Of a DNA stretch of 64,000 bases, positions 38,701 through 49,700 are shown in pieces. Source of the DNA: Candidatus Cloacimonadales bacterium (GTDB lineage: Bacteria > Cloacimonadota > Cloacimonadia > Cloacimonadales > JAFGVF01); contig CAXXJV010000001.1 of the NCBI GenBank assembly GCA_963663475.2, positions 1,152,001-1,216,000 of the forward strand, read 5' to 3'. The notes below the pieces were generated by a model. The model searched no databases, was not told the DNA's origin, and saw only the letters and a program-made list of their open reading frames with translations. The position numbers and the translations under genes were made by a program. Numbering within the stretch: the first letter of the stretch is position 1; each line of letters begins with the position of its first letter.

Positions 38701-40858
38701 TTCTGAAACAATTAATATTGCTTGGAATTTTGTAGATGGTGATGGTCAAGGTTTATGGTGGACTACATTCATTGATAATATTGTATTCTCTTCTAATGGA
38801 AGAACTTTAGCCTTTGATGCTTCTGAATTAAAAGCATTCTCTAAAGCTGAAAAAACTCTTTCAACTTCTAGAATTACAAGAAATAGAATCGCTAAAGATC
38901 CTAACTATGTTGCTACACGAAATACTCGTGAATTAACTGGTTATAAAATCTATCGTGATGCTAGTGAAATAGCTACTATCTCTTCTGACCTATTAACATA
39001 TACTGATGAAGAACTAGACTTTGCTAACTATGAATACTACGTAACTGCTATTTATACTGAAGGTGAATCTGATCCTTCTAATACTGTTACTGTTTCAGTT
39101 ATTGATCCTGCAACTACCTTACCTCCAATGAACCTCACAGCTGATGTTAATGGCACTGATGTTGCACTTGCTTGGGAAGAACCACTTGATTTATCTGAAG
39201 GTGCTTGGTTATCAAAAGGTGCTGAAGATAATAATGACGGTATCGGTGTTAACGGACCTGCAGAATTTGGCGTAGCTCATAAATATACTCAAGACGAACT
39301 TGCAATCTACCAAGGCTTATATATTAATACAATTAAGTTCTTCCCTCGTGAAGCTACTGCAACTTATACTGTTTCAGTATGGGGTGGAGCAACAGGTCAA
39401 GACCTTCTTTATAGTCAAGTTGCTTCTGATTTCGTTAATGAAGCTTGGAATGAACACCAATTAACTACACCTGTAGCAATCCCTGCTTCTGGTCCTCTTT
39501 ATATTGGTTACATGGTTGATACCCAAGTTGGTTTCCCTGCTGGTTGTGATGCTGGTCCTGCTGTTGCTGGTGGAGACCAAATCCACTTTGTTGGCGAAGC
39601 ATGGGATGCTCTTTCAGCTGTAGCTACTCCAAACATTAACTGGAATATTCAAGCATTTGTTTCACCTGAAGGTGCAGACAGAGCTATGGTAAGACCTCTT
39701 ATTTTAGCTAAAAAAACTCTTAATACTTCTGCAAGTATTACAGACTTAAGAGCTGGAAACTTAAATCCTGTAGTTACAAGTAGATTTAATATTGATAGAG
39801 ATGTTACTGCTTATAAAATCTACCGTGATGCTACTGAAATAGCTGAAGTTGCAGCAGATGTCTTAACTTATACAGATAGCAATCTTGACAATGGTACTTA
39901 CTCTTACCATGTTACTGCTATGTATGGCCAAGCTGAGTCATTAAACTCTAACTCTGTTACAGTAACTGTTAATAATTCAAACCCTGATGATGTTATTATC
40001 TCAGATTCTTTTGAAAACTATGCAGACTTCTCTATGCAGTTTGGTGATTGGACTCTTGTTGATGGTGATTTAGCTCCTACCTATGGATTTAGTGGAACAA
40101 GCTTCCCTAATGCTGAATCTATGTTTGCTTACTTAGTATTCAATCCTGCTTCAACAACTCCTCCACTAGAAGATGAAGCTTACCAAGCTCCTGATGGAAG
40201 CAAATATCTTGCTTCTTTCGCTGCTACTACACCTCCAAACAATGACTGGTTAATTTCACAACCATTCACTCTTGGTGATCAAGGTGAGATTAACTTCAAA
40301 GCTAAATCAATTACTAACCAGTATGGTTTAGAGAAATTTAATGTGCTTGTATCAGATGGTTCAACTAACCCTAACGACTTTACATCAATCTCAGGTGCTA
40401 CACCTGTGGAAGCTCCTATCACATGGACTAGTTATATGTATGGTTTAAATGACTATGCTAACCAAACCATTAGAGTTGCTATCCAATGTGTATCAAATGA
40501 TGCATTTGTATTCATGCTTGATGATTTAAAAATCGTTTCTGCTGGTGGAACTGACAATGATGATCCTACTGCTCCTGCTCTAACTACAGCTTTAAATGGT
40601 AACTATCCTAATCCTTTCAACCCAGAAACTACTATTTCTTATTCAGTTGAAAAAGCAGGAAAGGTTACTCTTGAAGTTTATAATATCTTAGGACAGAAAG
40701 TAAGAACTCTTGTTAATGATACTAAGGATGCAGGTTCTCATAATGTAGTATGGAATGGTAAAGACCAAGCTGGGAACAATGTTTCTTCTGGCGTTTACTT
40801 CTACCGTATGAAAAATGGAAACTATTCTAAAACTAACAAAATGATATTAATGAAATAA
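35768..40858 (+). CDS. tandem paralog of 30418..35445 (adhesin-like CTD protein)
   Basis: Same domain set (VEIG.G....[39 protein letters not shown]); CTD ending NKMILMK. Confidence 0.88.
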   Translation: MKKTMLMLVLMILTITSSFAVFVEIGEGGSTSNYIPFYGLFDYSWSSFIIDGEDIGSAIEINEIQFNISNTPSNYEMIDQKVYIRHTTETEVSLAYPNPETNGYTLIYDGPTTWNQSGWQGITLDQTFAYDGTSNLEIVWENHDGTYVSGYPIFVTTPTETNVSCYKYADDDFPTEIGTHQTLYPNIRLGYAMEGSPALPVLVNPANDSFGNATELTLEWQIDENTTDVDVYLSTLRADVVNEVESARVVSGQLVESFATSLNSGSSYFWKVIANNTSLDISVSSPVWQFATELGEITLPYSNDFEELTLAETLPLGWSSFFSSTSEYAQVGAYADAAYDSEMGIRLYNSDDLSAELIIVTPQIETSGARINMMAKVTSASEGDLLLGYLTDINDSSTFTLIEAVDLTSEFANYRIALPDGENYLAFKHAVTGTYKNIYLDDVIIEMTPANEPVAATLVAPENTQTNVAVDTELEWVNNENTSTVDVYLSENLSDVEDKLASAKVVDNQNVTTYSTDLETFKSYYWMVVAKNADGLTVDSEIYSFTTALEEGLILSGYGVATSGNLPINPFFGYTYSQVIYAADLFDGQTGAIESIAYEYNGNSAFTDDIVIYLATTSLDSFTETTDWLPASELTEVYNGSLTTTEEAGWITITFDTPFNYDGSANLVVAVEENTDGYHGNSDKFFGYETAVNVALRHTSDSVNAEPTDPPAGSLVSYQPNTIFAFGQEVTPLPVVTDLAASVVENDVTLTWTAPEAGENTIVEYQIFKDNSQIATSEDLTYTDADLADGTYEYGVKVVYSEGTSAMSNLVEATISTTPIEVEAPLNLTASVSGQDVTLNWLAPGTEIPDEITEGFEESFPPTGWSVQATNTTSSWEQFETVAFETGDVAPTEGSYQAGVQWDYSAQDEWLVTSEISNVTDLTFDYYGSLGSTYGDNYYVKVSTDGGNNWTPIWNASDFAEGNNYYETPISIDLSAYASETINIAWNFVDGDGQGLWWTTFIDNIVFSSNGRTLAFDASELKAFSKAEKTLSTSRITRNRIAKDPNYVATRNTRELTGYKIYRDASEIATISSDLLTYTDEELDFANYEYYVTAIYTEGESDPSNTVTVSVIDPATTLPPMNLTADVNGTDVALAWEEPLDLSEGAWLSKGAEDNNDGIGVNGPAEFGVAHKYTQDELAIYQGLYINTIKFFPREATATYTVSVWGGATGQDLLYSQVASDFVNEAWNEHQLTTPVAIPASGPLYIGYMVDTQVGFPAGCDAGPAVAGGDQIHFVGEAWDALSAVATPNINWNIQAFVSPEGADRAMVRPLILAKKTLNTSASITDLRAGNLNPVVTSRFNIDRDVTAYKIYRDATEIAEVAADVLTYTDSNLDNGTYSYHVTAMYGQAESLNSNSVTVTVNNSNPDDVIISDSFENYADFSMQFGDWTLVDGDLAPTYGFSGTSFPNAESMFAYLVFNPASTTPPLEDEAYQAPDGSKYLASFAATTPPNNDWLISQPFTLGDQGEINFKAKSITNQYGLEKFNVLVSDGSTNPNDFTSISGATPVEAPITWTSYMYGLNDYANQTIRVAIQCVSNDAFVFMLDDLKIVSAGGTDNDDPTAPALTTALNGNYPNPFNPETTISYSVEKAGKVTLEVYNILGQKVRTLVNDTKDAGSHNVVWNGKDQAGNNVSSGVYFYRMKNGNYSKTNKMILMK

Positions 40859-40904
40859 AACTGACAAGGCTTGCCTTTGCAGGCATTTCAGGAAAAATAA
40901 TACT

Positions 40905-40931
40905 AAAGCCTCGCTAATGCGGGGCTTTTTT
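40905..40931 (+). terminator. intrinsic terminator
   Basis: aaagcctcgc-taat-gcggggcttt plus T-run. Confidence 0.85.
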
Positions 40932-40969
40932 AATGCAGATAACATCATATATATACCCTAGACTTATTA

Positions 40970-41049
40970 GGCTCAAGTTCAAGTCTGGTGGGAATAATCC
41001 CAGATAATGCAATAGATCTTTGAGAATAGCTCTATTGCACCATTTGGGT
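40970..41049. mobile_element. 29-bp repeat module (ggctcaagttcaagtctggtgggaataat) joined to MITE copy 4 (40998-41049)
   Basis: Module is identical to 46320-46348 and inverted at ~21004-21032; followed by tcccagataatgcaatagatctttgag...ctattgcaccatttgggt. Confidence 0.75.
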
Positions 41050-41145
41050 TTAATAAATATAAATAGGTTAGTAAAAAAAATAGCTTGACTAATAGTGCGA
41101 AATCGCATTTCTATCTAAGTGAGCGTAAAGTTAAGAGGAGTTACA

Positions 41146-43455
41146 ATGAAGGATTTGTTATCTAAAATAAAAAGTGATAGTAGATATGAACAGTTTGATA
41201 CATTTACTAAGATTTTTACAAAATGTTTTGAAGAAAGAAATATGGAAATCAAAACATATTTTGAAGAGTTTTTACTAAAATGGAATGAGTACCTAAACTT
41301 TGAATCTAAACCAAACAAACAAATTAAGAATATTATTAGTGCTAACTTTGAGTTATTTTTCAGATTTATTAGAGCATCAAATAATATTGATTGGTTTAAC
41401 GAATATTTACCTGTTTTCTTAGAAAATGAAAAGTATTTGACTGGCTACTTTTATTTAGCTAATATATATGACTATTTTGGCTATTTAATGTGGTTAAAAC
41501 ATGATATTGAAAGAGGTGTTGAATACCTGCTAAAAGCTTTAGATATTGCCAATAAGTATTGCAAGCCAGATGAAATACCAGGAAGATACACTAACTTAGG
41601 CTATCTTTATGAAGTAGTTGGAGACCTAGACAAAGCTGAGTATTATTATAATGAAGGATTAGATTTTGCTCTTAGATATAATTCTATTAATGCTCTAAAA
41701 CTTGCTTATAATGCTATGGGTAGGTTATATATAAGTAAGAATTTATTTGAAAAAGCTATAGACTATCTTGAAGATTCTTTAAGCTTGTATGAAAGAGAAC
41801 AGGATATTGATAGAATAGCAGTTATTAATAACTTAGCCATGTGCTACAGAACAATTAATCTTACAGATAAAGCAAAAGATTTATACCATGAAATTGATAA
41901 AGAATGGATATTACAGAGAGATCCCGAACTCTATTTTGCTGTTCAAACTAATCTTGGTAATTTGCTAGTTGCTTATAATGATTATGAAATTGCTGAAGAA
42001 AAGTTCCTCAAATCTTTAAATTTTGCTCAGAAAGTGAAAGCAATTGACCAGGTAATTAGTCTCTATGTAAGCTTAGGGGATTTGTATAGTAAGACAGATA
42101 GAACTGCTCAAGCTTTAAGTATTTTAGATGAAGCTCTTGAGTTAAGTAAAGAATTAAAAAATTATAGGATATCAAAATCTATTTATCTCAAGTTAGCTGA
42201 AATTGATATGATGGAAAATAATTATCATGATGCTTTATTACATTTAGAAAAACTTCTTGATATTGCTAAGGCTGTCAAAAATACTCAACTCCACATTAGA
42301 ACCCTTAAGAAACAAGCCTATTGCTATGAAAAGTTAGGTGATTTTAAGAAAGCTTATTCTTGTTTAAATTCATCTGAAGAATTACAAGAAGAAATCAGTG
42401 ATATTGAAAAACGAGAGAAGAGAAAAGAAGAACTCAAATTAGTGGGTAATTCGGTTAGGAAACATTTCATTTTTCAGAGTAGTAATTCTCTCATCTCTAG
42501 GGAATTATCAGCAAAAATTGGAGTAAATTTACTTGGTACTGATCCTTCAATGAGAAAGGCAGTTAGCAAGGCTCTTTTAGCTTCCACAAATTCTGAGGCA
42601 AGTATTTTAATCAAAGGTGAATCTGGTACTGGTAAAGATATTATTGCTAGAATTATTCATTATTCTAGTTCCAGGCAAAATAATCCTTTCATCCCAGTGA
42701 ATAGTGGTTCATTTTCACCTGGTATAGTTAACTCTGCTCTCTTTGGTCATAAAAAAGGTGCCTTTACAGGGGCTGTATCTGATTATGTAGGTTATTTTGA
42801 AGCAGCAAATAAAGGGACTGTTTTCATGGATGAGATAGGAGAGATGCCACAAGATATTCAAATAGCTCTTCTACGTGTTTTGGAAGAGAAAAAGATTACC
42901 CCCTTAGGATCAAGTAAGCAAATACCCGTTGATTTTAGACTTATCTCAGCCACAAATAGAGATTTAGACAAAGAAATTAAACAAGGTAAGATGAGATTAG
43001 ATTTTTTAAATAGAATAAATACTCTAGAAATATGCATTCCTCCCTTGAGAGAAAGAAAAGATGATATCCCTATTTTAATAGATGCCTTTATTGAAGAGAT
43101 TTCTATGCGAGTTAAAATTAAGAAACCTCAACTATCAATCCCTGCTTTAAAACTTCTCATAGACTATGATTACCCAGGAAACGTAAGAGAATTGAAAAAT
43201 ATGATTGAAAAATTAATCATTTTTAATAATAAATGCGAGATAAATCCTGATGATGTTTATAACTTAAATATGAATATGACTAGCAAGAATACTACAAAAA
43301 CATCCCAATCAACTTTGCATTTAGAGACTCTTGAAAAACAAGCAATCTGTAAAGCTATGAAGGATTGTCACAATATTAAAACAGATGCAGCTAAACTCTT
43401 GGGTATCACGGTTTATGCCTTAAGAAGAAGATTAGAAAAATATAATTTAGATTAA
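41146..43455 (+). CDS. TPR-repeat sigma-54 enhancer-binding protein (AAA+ and Fis-type HTH)
   Basis: TPR-like repeats (YTNLGYLY, YNAMGRLY, NNLAMCY); GESGTGKD, FGHKKGAFTGA, FMDEIG, SATNRDL, YPGNVREL, AAKLLGI; ATG 41146 after gaggag. Confidence 0.93.
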   Translation: MKDLLSKIKSDSRYEQFDTFTKIFTKCFEERNMEIKTYFEEFLLKWNEYLNFESKPNKQIKNIISANFELFFRFIRASNNIDWFNEYLPVFLENEKYLTGYFYLANIYDYFGYLMWLKHDIERGVEYLLKALDIANKYCKPDEIPGRYTNLGYLYEVVGDLDKAEYYYNEGLDFALRYNSINALKLAYNAMGRLYISKNLFEKAIDYLEDSLSLYEREQDIDRIAVINNLAMCYRTINLTDKAKDLYHEIDKEWILQRDPELYFAVQTNLGNLLVAYNDYEIAEEKFLKSLNFAQKVKAIDQVISLYVSLGDLYSKTDRTAQALSILDEALELSKELKNYRISKSIYLKLAEIDMMENNYHDALLHLEKLLDIAKAVKNTQLHIRTLKKQAYCYEKLGDFKKAYSCLNSSEELQEEISDIEKREKRKEELKLVGNSVRKHFIFQSSNSLISRELSAKIGVNLLGTDPSMRKAVSKALLASTNSEASILIKGESGTGKDIIARIIHYSSSRQNNPFIPVNSGSFSPGIVNSALFGHKKGAFTGAVSDYVGYFEAANKGTVFMDEIGEMPQDIQIALLRVLEEKKITPLGSSKQIPVDFRLISATNRDLDKEIKQGKMRLDFLNRINTLEICIPPLRERKDDIPILIDAFIEEISMRVKIKKPQLSIPALKLLIDYDYPGNVRELKNMIEKLIIFNNKCEINPDDVYNLNMNMTSKNTTKTSQSTLHLETLEKQAICKAMKDCHNIKTDAAKLLGITVYALRRRLEKYNLD

Positions 43456-43647
43456 AGCTAATAATGTAGTAGATCTTTGCGAATAGCAGAATCTTCTTTT
43501 GCAAAAGTAAGCTACATAGTTTTCAGGAATATATATATTATATGCCTTCAACTTCTGTAACTTATTTTGCTAAAAGAGTCTAGCACTCTTCACCTGTGAT
43601 ACCTAGCTTAAGCCAAGTACTATCAAAGTTCTACTGCACTACTCGGT
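43456..43647. mobile_element. MITE-like element copy 5 (long form), abutting the stop codon
   Basis: taa(stop)|agctaataatgtagtagatctttg...caaagttctactgcactactcggt|taa; interior closely matches 50446-50637. Confidence 0.82.
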
Positions 43648-43671
43648 TAAACCTCATTGTTTTAAAACTAG

Positions 43672-43695
43672 AAAAGGCCCTGAAAATCAGGGCCT
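43672..43695 (-). terminator. intrinsic terminator of paralog B
   Basis: aggccctga/tcagggcct stem with a U-run on the minus strand. Confidence 0.8.
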
Positions 43696-43725
43696 ATATT
43701 GTTTATTTCTTACTTGTTAGGTAAG

Positions 43726-46002
43726 CTATTTCATTAATACCATTTTCTTCATTTCAGTTTTTTCATCACTACTTAACTTATAGAAGTAAAGTCCTGAAGA
43801 TACTTGATTACCATTCATATCTTTACCTTGCCACACATATGAGTGATTTCCTGCTTGTAAACTACCTTTTACAAGTGTATTAACAAGTTGACCTTTAACA
43901 TTATAGATGCTAAGATTGACATTACTAGCTTTATTCATATTAAAGCTAATAGTAGTTTCAGGATTGAAAGGATTAGGATAGTTTTGTCTCAATTGCATAG
44001 AAGGCATTGCTACATTGTTATTATCAATATTTGGAGTAGCAGTAGCAAAATCAATATCGATTGCAGCATACATCATTCTTCCACCAGTAGCTTGGCCAAT
44101 ACCTTGTTCTGAAGAACCAAATGTTTCGTCATCTAAGTACATAAAATGTAATCTTCCGATAGGACCAGTTCCTGTAGGTGATTGAACATATTCTATTTTA
44201 TTAGTTGGGTAAACAAAAGTAGGGATTTGACCATCTAACTCTGGTATTTCAACACCATTTAGTGAGAATGGTTCTGACCAAGTTGCACCATTATCAGCAG
44301 ATACAGAAACCATAGTTTCTAAGTTTTGAGCCCAATCTTCTAGTTCAGGATATGAATCAGGGGTCTTATTATAATTACGAGCTTTTTGTGTGTCATGCCA
44401 AATCATTGCCATCATACCCATTTCATTGGCATCAGTAATTCTAATATGATTAAGATGGAAGAGAGCGGCTTCCTCAGCAGCATCTTCATCCCAGTAAGGG
44501 AAAGGCCACATAGTTGAGAGAAGAGGCATACCCCAGTAATCTGTATCAGCAGGAGTAACTCCATCATCTACATTATCCCAAGTACCATCATCAGCTATCT
44601 CATCAGTAATACCATCACCATCAGTATCCCACCAAAGCCAAGGAACTTCAGTACTTACACCTTCAGTGTTTCCTGTAATATCAAAGACTCTTTGTTCTGT
44701 TTGAGGATAAACTTCATTAACTAAAAAAGTATTGTCTGCAGGATTAAAAATCACTGTTTTAATAACATGCAGAGCAGGGTAATATCCACCTTGATAATTT
44801 TTTAAAGTATAGAGGGCTGGCATATGAATTCTGCCATGAGCATCAACAGATAAATTGAAATGACTTGATTGACCGATTCCAATGTACATATCTTCATCAG
44901 AAAAATCATCTTGATCAGTATCAAAGTATTCTTCAGTCATTTCAGTACCTTCATGGAAACCTGTTGGATTGATATAATTTGGATTATAGCCATCGAAAGT
45001 GTCCCATAAAGAATATCTTTCCCATTGACCTTGGCCATAGTTATCACAAACAAATACATCTAAAGATGGTTCGTTAATACTTGGGTCATCTACACCAGTT
45101 CCTTCAGCAGCAATATGATAACCAATGTAATATAGTTTATCATCAATTACTTTGAATGACATGAAAGGTCTTCTCCAATAAGTTGTTGATACATTCCATT
45201 CATCTAATTCAGGTATGCTTGTTGATTCCCAGTTTGTAGGGTTGAATGTTTGATATTCAATCTCAGATTCTAAGAAATCATGGTAGATGATAAGTATATT
45301 CTCAGCTGCAGCAGAACCAGCTGACCAGCCATTTCTAGCTGCTACATAAACTCTTTGGTAGCCTTCTTGGGGAGAAGGACCTATTTGTACTGAAGGCCAG
45401 TTAAACTCATTATCATCATATTCTACACCATTGACTTCAATAGTTGTTGGAGAATCGATAATAGTAAATAAACTAGAGTTTTGATTAAGAGAAATACCAC
45501 CAATAACAGCATCATATCCTAAGCCTACTTCCCATTGAGTATCTGAGGCATCCCAATTACCATGATAAGCAAAGATAGGTCGTCCTGCTGCAGTTAATCC
45601 TAAACCTGCATAACCTTCAATGATATCAACAGGATTGAAAGTTGAGTTTGTTTGGACAACACCTGTTTCATCAATAAATGCTTTATAGACTCTACGTGTA
45701 GAGCTAGCTGTAGCTTTACCATGATAGATAATCCAGTTACCTTTAACTCCACCATTAGCTGAAAAATCAGCCATCATCATAGGTATAGCACCATATGTGC
45801 CAGGAAAATAATCATAATAGTTATCCATTATGTTAACAGGATTAATGGCAAATTCGAAAGGAGTTTCATAACGGTTGTCAGATTGATATGGCTTTAAGCC
45901 AATTTCATCAAGTTTAATACTTTTTAAAGGGGTGTTAGGTACAGCAAATAAACTTATAGCTAACAACGTGAGCAAAGTAATAATCATAAACTTCTTTTTC
46001 AT
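43726..46002 (-). CDS. secreted FlgD-Ig/T9SS-CTD protein of unknown function, paralog B
   Basis: Signal peptide; colinear with 18397..20688 (DNYYDYFPG, YDAVIGG, WPSVQIGPSP, WRRPFMSF, CDNYG, GIGQATGG); CTD KKMVLMK. Confidence 0.9.
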   Translation of the reverse strand: MKKKFMIITLLTLLAISLFAVPNTPLKSIKLDEIGLKPYQSDNRYETPFEFAINPVNIMDNYYDYFPGTYGAIPMMMADFSANGGVKGNWIIYHGKATASSTRRVYKAFIDETGVVQTNSTFNPVDIIEGYAGLGLTAAGRPIFAYHGNWDASDTQWEVGLGYDAVIGGISLNQNSSLFTIIDSPTTIEVNGVEYDDNEFNWPSVQIGPSPQEGYQRVYVAARNGWSAGSAAAENILIIYHDFLESEIEYQTFNPTNWESTSIPELDEWNVSTTYWRRPFMSFKVIDDKLYYIGYHIAAEGTGVDDPSINEPSLDVFVCDNYGQGQWERYSLWDTFDGYNPNYINPTGFHEGTEMTEEYFDTDQDDFSDEDMYIGIGQSSHFNLSVDAHGRIHMPALYTLKNYQGGYYPALHVIKTVIFNPADNTFLVNEVYPQTEQRVFDITGNTEGVSTEVPWLWWDTDGDGITDEIADDGTWDNVDDGVTPADTDYWGMPLLSTMWPFPYWDEDAAEEAALFHLNHIRITDANEMGMMAMIWHDTQKARNYNKTPDSYPELEDWAQNLETMVSVSADNGATWSEPFSLNGVEIPELDGQIPTFVYPTNKIEYVQSPTGTGPIGRLHFMYLDDETFGSSEQGIGQATGGRMMYAAIDIDFATATPNIDNNNVAMPSMQLRQNYPNPFNPETTISFNMNKASNVNLSIYNVKGQLVNTLVKGSLQAGNHSYVWQGKDMNGNQVSSGLYFYKLSSDEKTEMKKMVLMK

Positions 46003-46319
46003 AGTTCCTCCACTATTTAAGGTTTGTTATCTTAGATAAGTTAAATAATTATACCTATAATATAGTATAATTACTATCGTATCTATTATTATCTCTTAGT
46101 ATATAATTAACATTATATGATATAAAAAATATGTCAAGTGATTAAAATGATTTATAAGCGGTATTACAAAATATATTAATTGAATAGTTACTCTGGCTTA
46201 CTCAAATACAATATGACTTATCTTACAAAACTTTTTTTAAAAGTCAGTTTTGCTAAAATCTACAAGATTTAAAGTAGAGATGTAGTTTTAATTGCCTTTC
46301 ATCCTTCCTTGAAAATTTT

Positions 46320-46495
46320 GGCTCAAGTTCAAGTCTGGTGGGAATAATATAGGAAAATGAGAATATTTCATTACTATATTGATTCATCAAAAATCCCTGA
46401 AAGGGATAAAATAATTTAGCCCAGGGTAAGATGCTAAAAGTATCGCAAGCCTGGGTAATGATGACTTGCCCAAAGGTCTACTGCACTATTTGTGT
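46320..46495. mobile_element. composite repeat: 29-bp module, REP-like palindromes and one MITE terminal repeat (copy 6)
   Basis: atccctgaaagggat; cccagggt...gcctggg; ends caaaggtctactgcactatttgtgt|taa. Confidence 0.75.
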
Positions 46496-46618
46496 TAAAC
46501 TTACATACTAGTTAGATTAGACAAAGAAATATAGTTTCCACTCAACTTGGGAGAGAATCAGAAATATCTGTTTTCATGTAAGTCTGTTATTTATAGCAGT
46601 GAGTTTGATAAGTAGGAT

Positions 46619-46654
46619 AAAAGAAAACAACTCGAGTAGAGGAGACTCGAGTTG
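46619..46654 (-). terminator. intrinsic terminator after the S8 protease
   Basis: caactcgagt/actcgagttg stem, then ttttctttt on the minus strand. Confidence 0.75.
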
Positions 46655-46712
46655 ATTCTGTTCATTATTCTGGAAGGAATGAACATTAAGTGACTATTTA
46701 TATAGGGAAAAT

Positions 46713-49700
46713 TTATTTTAAAAGTATCATTTTCTTAGACTTAGTAAATTTACCATTTTTCATTCTATAGAGATAGATACCAGATGATACACTTTTGTTA
46801 TTACTATCTTTTCCATCCCAAATCACACTATGCTGTCCAGCTTCAAGCTTCTTATCAATAAGTGTTCTGATTTTCTGTCCTTTGATATTGTAGATAGAAA
46901 TTTCTACTGGACTTTGATCTTTCAGAGAAAAACTAATTCTGGTTTGTGGATTGAAAGGATTAGGGTAATTACCAATCAGAGAAACATCTGCTACATTAGC
47001 TATTTCATCGGCATTAGGGGTAAGGGCATTATAGAAGTTAGCAGTTCTACCTGGATTACCACGATGCATAATCCAATTAGAATAACCGTTTCTCTTGAGG
47101 TCTAATAGTCTTAATTCAGTAACAGTTGAAACAACTAAATCTAAATCCCCATCATTATCAATATCACCCAGAGCAGGTGAAACTTTAAGATTATCATTCA
47201 AATCAATAGGGAAATTACCAGCTTCTAGACCATTGTGATTAATAGCATGAAGCATACCAGAAGTGTCGCCAAAAATAAGACATAAGCCTTGGCCGTCTAA
47301 GTCTGACAGAAGAGGCAATCCTTCAATATAAGTGTTAAGATTAAGTGGGAAGTTAAGTAATTCTGAGCCATCTAATGATAAGGCATGTACCATACCTTCA
47401 TAGGTGGTGAAAAGTAGCTCTTTGTTACCGTCATTATTAAAATCGGCAAATAATATATCTTGTTTAATAGCACCATCCATATCAAAAGTATAAGCAATTG
47501 TTCCATCATGGTTGATAATCTTTATGATACCTTGGGCTGAAATTGTGGAAATAATCTCAGGGTAGAGGTCATCATCAATATTAGTAATAAGTGGGGCAAA
47601 TTCAGTATTAGCTCCTAAGGCAAAAGGGAAACCGTTGATGTTTTCTTGACTTTGATAATCAATAACTAACAAGTTACCTGATATAGATTGTAAGATAATT
47701 TCTTGATTACCATTTAAGTTAATATCACCTGCAGCTATATTAAAAATGAAGTTACCAGGGAATTCACATGGATAATTAGGAAATTCATTTCCTTGACCAT
47801 CAAGTACATGAATTTTGCCATTTAATGTGCAAATTACCGCCTCTAATGTACCATTACCATCAAGGTCAGTTATGAGTGGGTTTGCCTTTACCATCTGATT
47901 ATCTAAGGAAATAGGTCCCCATAAAATTGAACCATCACCAGAGATTGCAAAAGCTTCTTTATTATTAGTAACAGCAACAATATCTTCAATATTATCATTA
48001 TTTAAATCTCCAACTGCTAAAGGAAGAGAAATAGCTGAGTTTAAATTAATAGGGAAACCACTTAGAAAGTTCTGTTGATTATCTAAGACGTTCACATTTC
48101 CTTCAATATCACCAAAAATAACTTCATTTATGTTATCATTATTAATATCCATTATAATGGGAGAAGAAAGGGTTTGACCAGTTAATTCAAATGACCAATC
48201 AGGGTAATTCAAGGACAGATTGCTTTCAAAAGGAATTTCAATACTGTAAGGAATTTCTGAGTCAAGATTAGCTTCAACATATAGTTTGAACTCTATGGGT
48301 TGGGTTGACATGTTAGAGCTAGTATTGAATGTAAATGGAGAATCTGTATTCCAGACAGAAGCTCCTGAAGCTATGTTACCTAAACTTGCCACAGAATCTT
48401 GAATTACCACACCTGCTTGATCACATCTTAGATAAACATTCGTGTTATTTGAACTAGCCCAGGCAAGACCAGTATTGATATCTAAATAATTTGTTAGTTT
48501 AACTTGGAGAGAGATAGTTTCTCCTGGATTAGCTATTCCATCTCCGTCGCCTTCAATTTCTGTTATGGCCTTATCTTCTATAATCATATTGGGAATCTTG
48601 TCATAAAGAACTGCTGCAAAAGCATTAATCCTTCCAGCTCCTAATTTCCCCGCATAATCAGGGTTAATATCATCAATATAATCAGCAGTATTTTCAATTC
48701 TTTGACGGATTTGAGTGTTAGTAAAATCTGGATTCACTGCCTTTACTAAGGCTGCTATACCACAAACAATAGGAGATGCCATTGAAGTACCTTGGGCATT
48801 ATCATAGCCATCGTTTTCAATAATAGTAGATTTAATCTCTGTTCCTGGAGAACTAATATCTATAGGGTCTCCATATTCTGAGAATGAGGCTTTCTCATCA
48901 TTTCTATCAGTAGCTGCCACATTGAAAGCATTTGGACAATCAGATGGGGCATCAATATAACTAGAATTGTGTTCTATATTACCATTTCCTGCAGCTACAA
49001 CAACTAAAGAACCATAATTAGTTGCATAGTTAACATAGGTGTTGGCATAAGATAGATTATAAGTTTGACCACCCCAAGAGGCATTAATAATATCCGCTCC
49101 CATATCAGCAGCATAGACCATCTGTTGATAGCCATGAGGATTACCATTACTATCTTGGTTATCAGGTGCACCTTGCATATTTAATAGTTTTGCATTAAAT
49201 GCTGGCCCAACAGTTCCTAAATTGTTATCACCAACTGCACTTGCACAACCAGCAACATGGGTACCATGATAGTTATAATTCCAATTTTGGAGAGGATTAT
49301 TATCGTTATTAACAAAGTCCCAACCCATTACATCATCAATCTTGCCATTTCCATCATTATCAATACCATCACCTGTAAAGGTTCCATTAAGCCAATCTAT
49401 ACTAACACCAGCCATCTCTCCTTCATTTAACCAGATATTCTCTTGCAAATCAGGATGGGTCCATTTTATTCCAGAATCAGAAATACCAATAAGAACATCT
49501 GAGGCATCTCTTACAAAATCCCAGACCTTTTCAGTTTCAGTTTGAGTAATGTACCAAAGACTTTCATAGAGACTATCGTTAGGAGTGTATTTATTTCTGT
49601 TAATAGTAACATAATCAGCCCATAGAATATCCTTGCTTGCTCTCAATGAATTCAGGGCTTGCTCAATTTTCTTATTATCTTTAATAGTTACCTTATAAAT

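Noticed and set aside
40914-41108. 64-aa minus-strand ORF
   Set aside because: Spans a terminator and repeat/MITE copy 4
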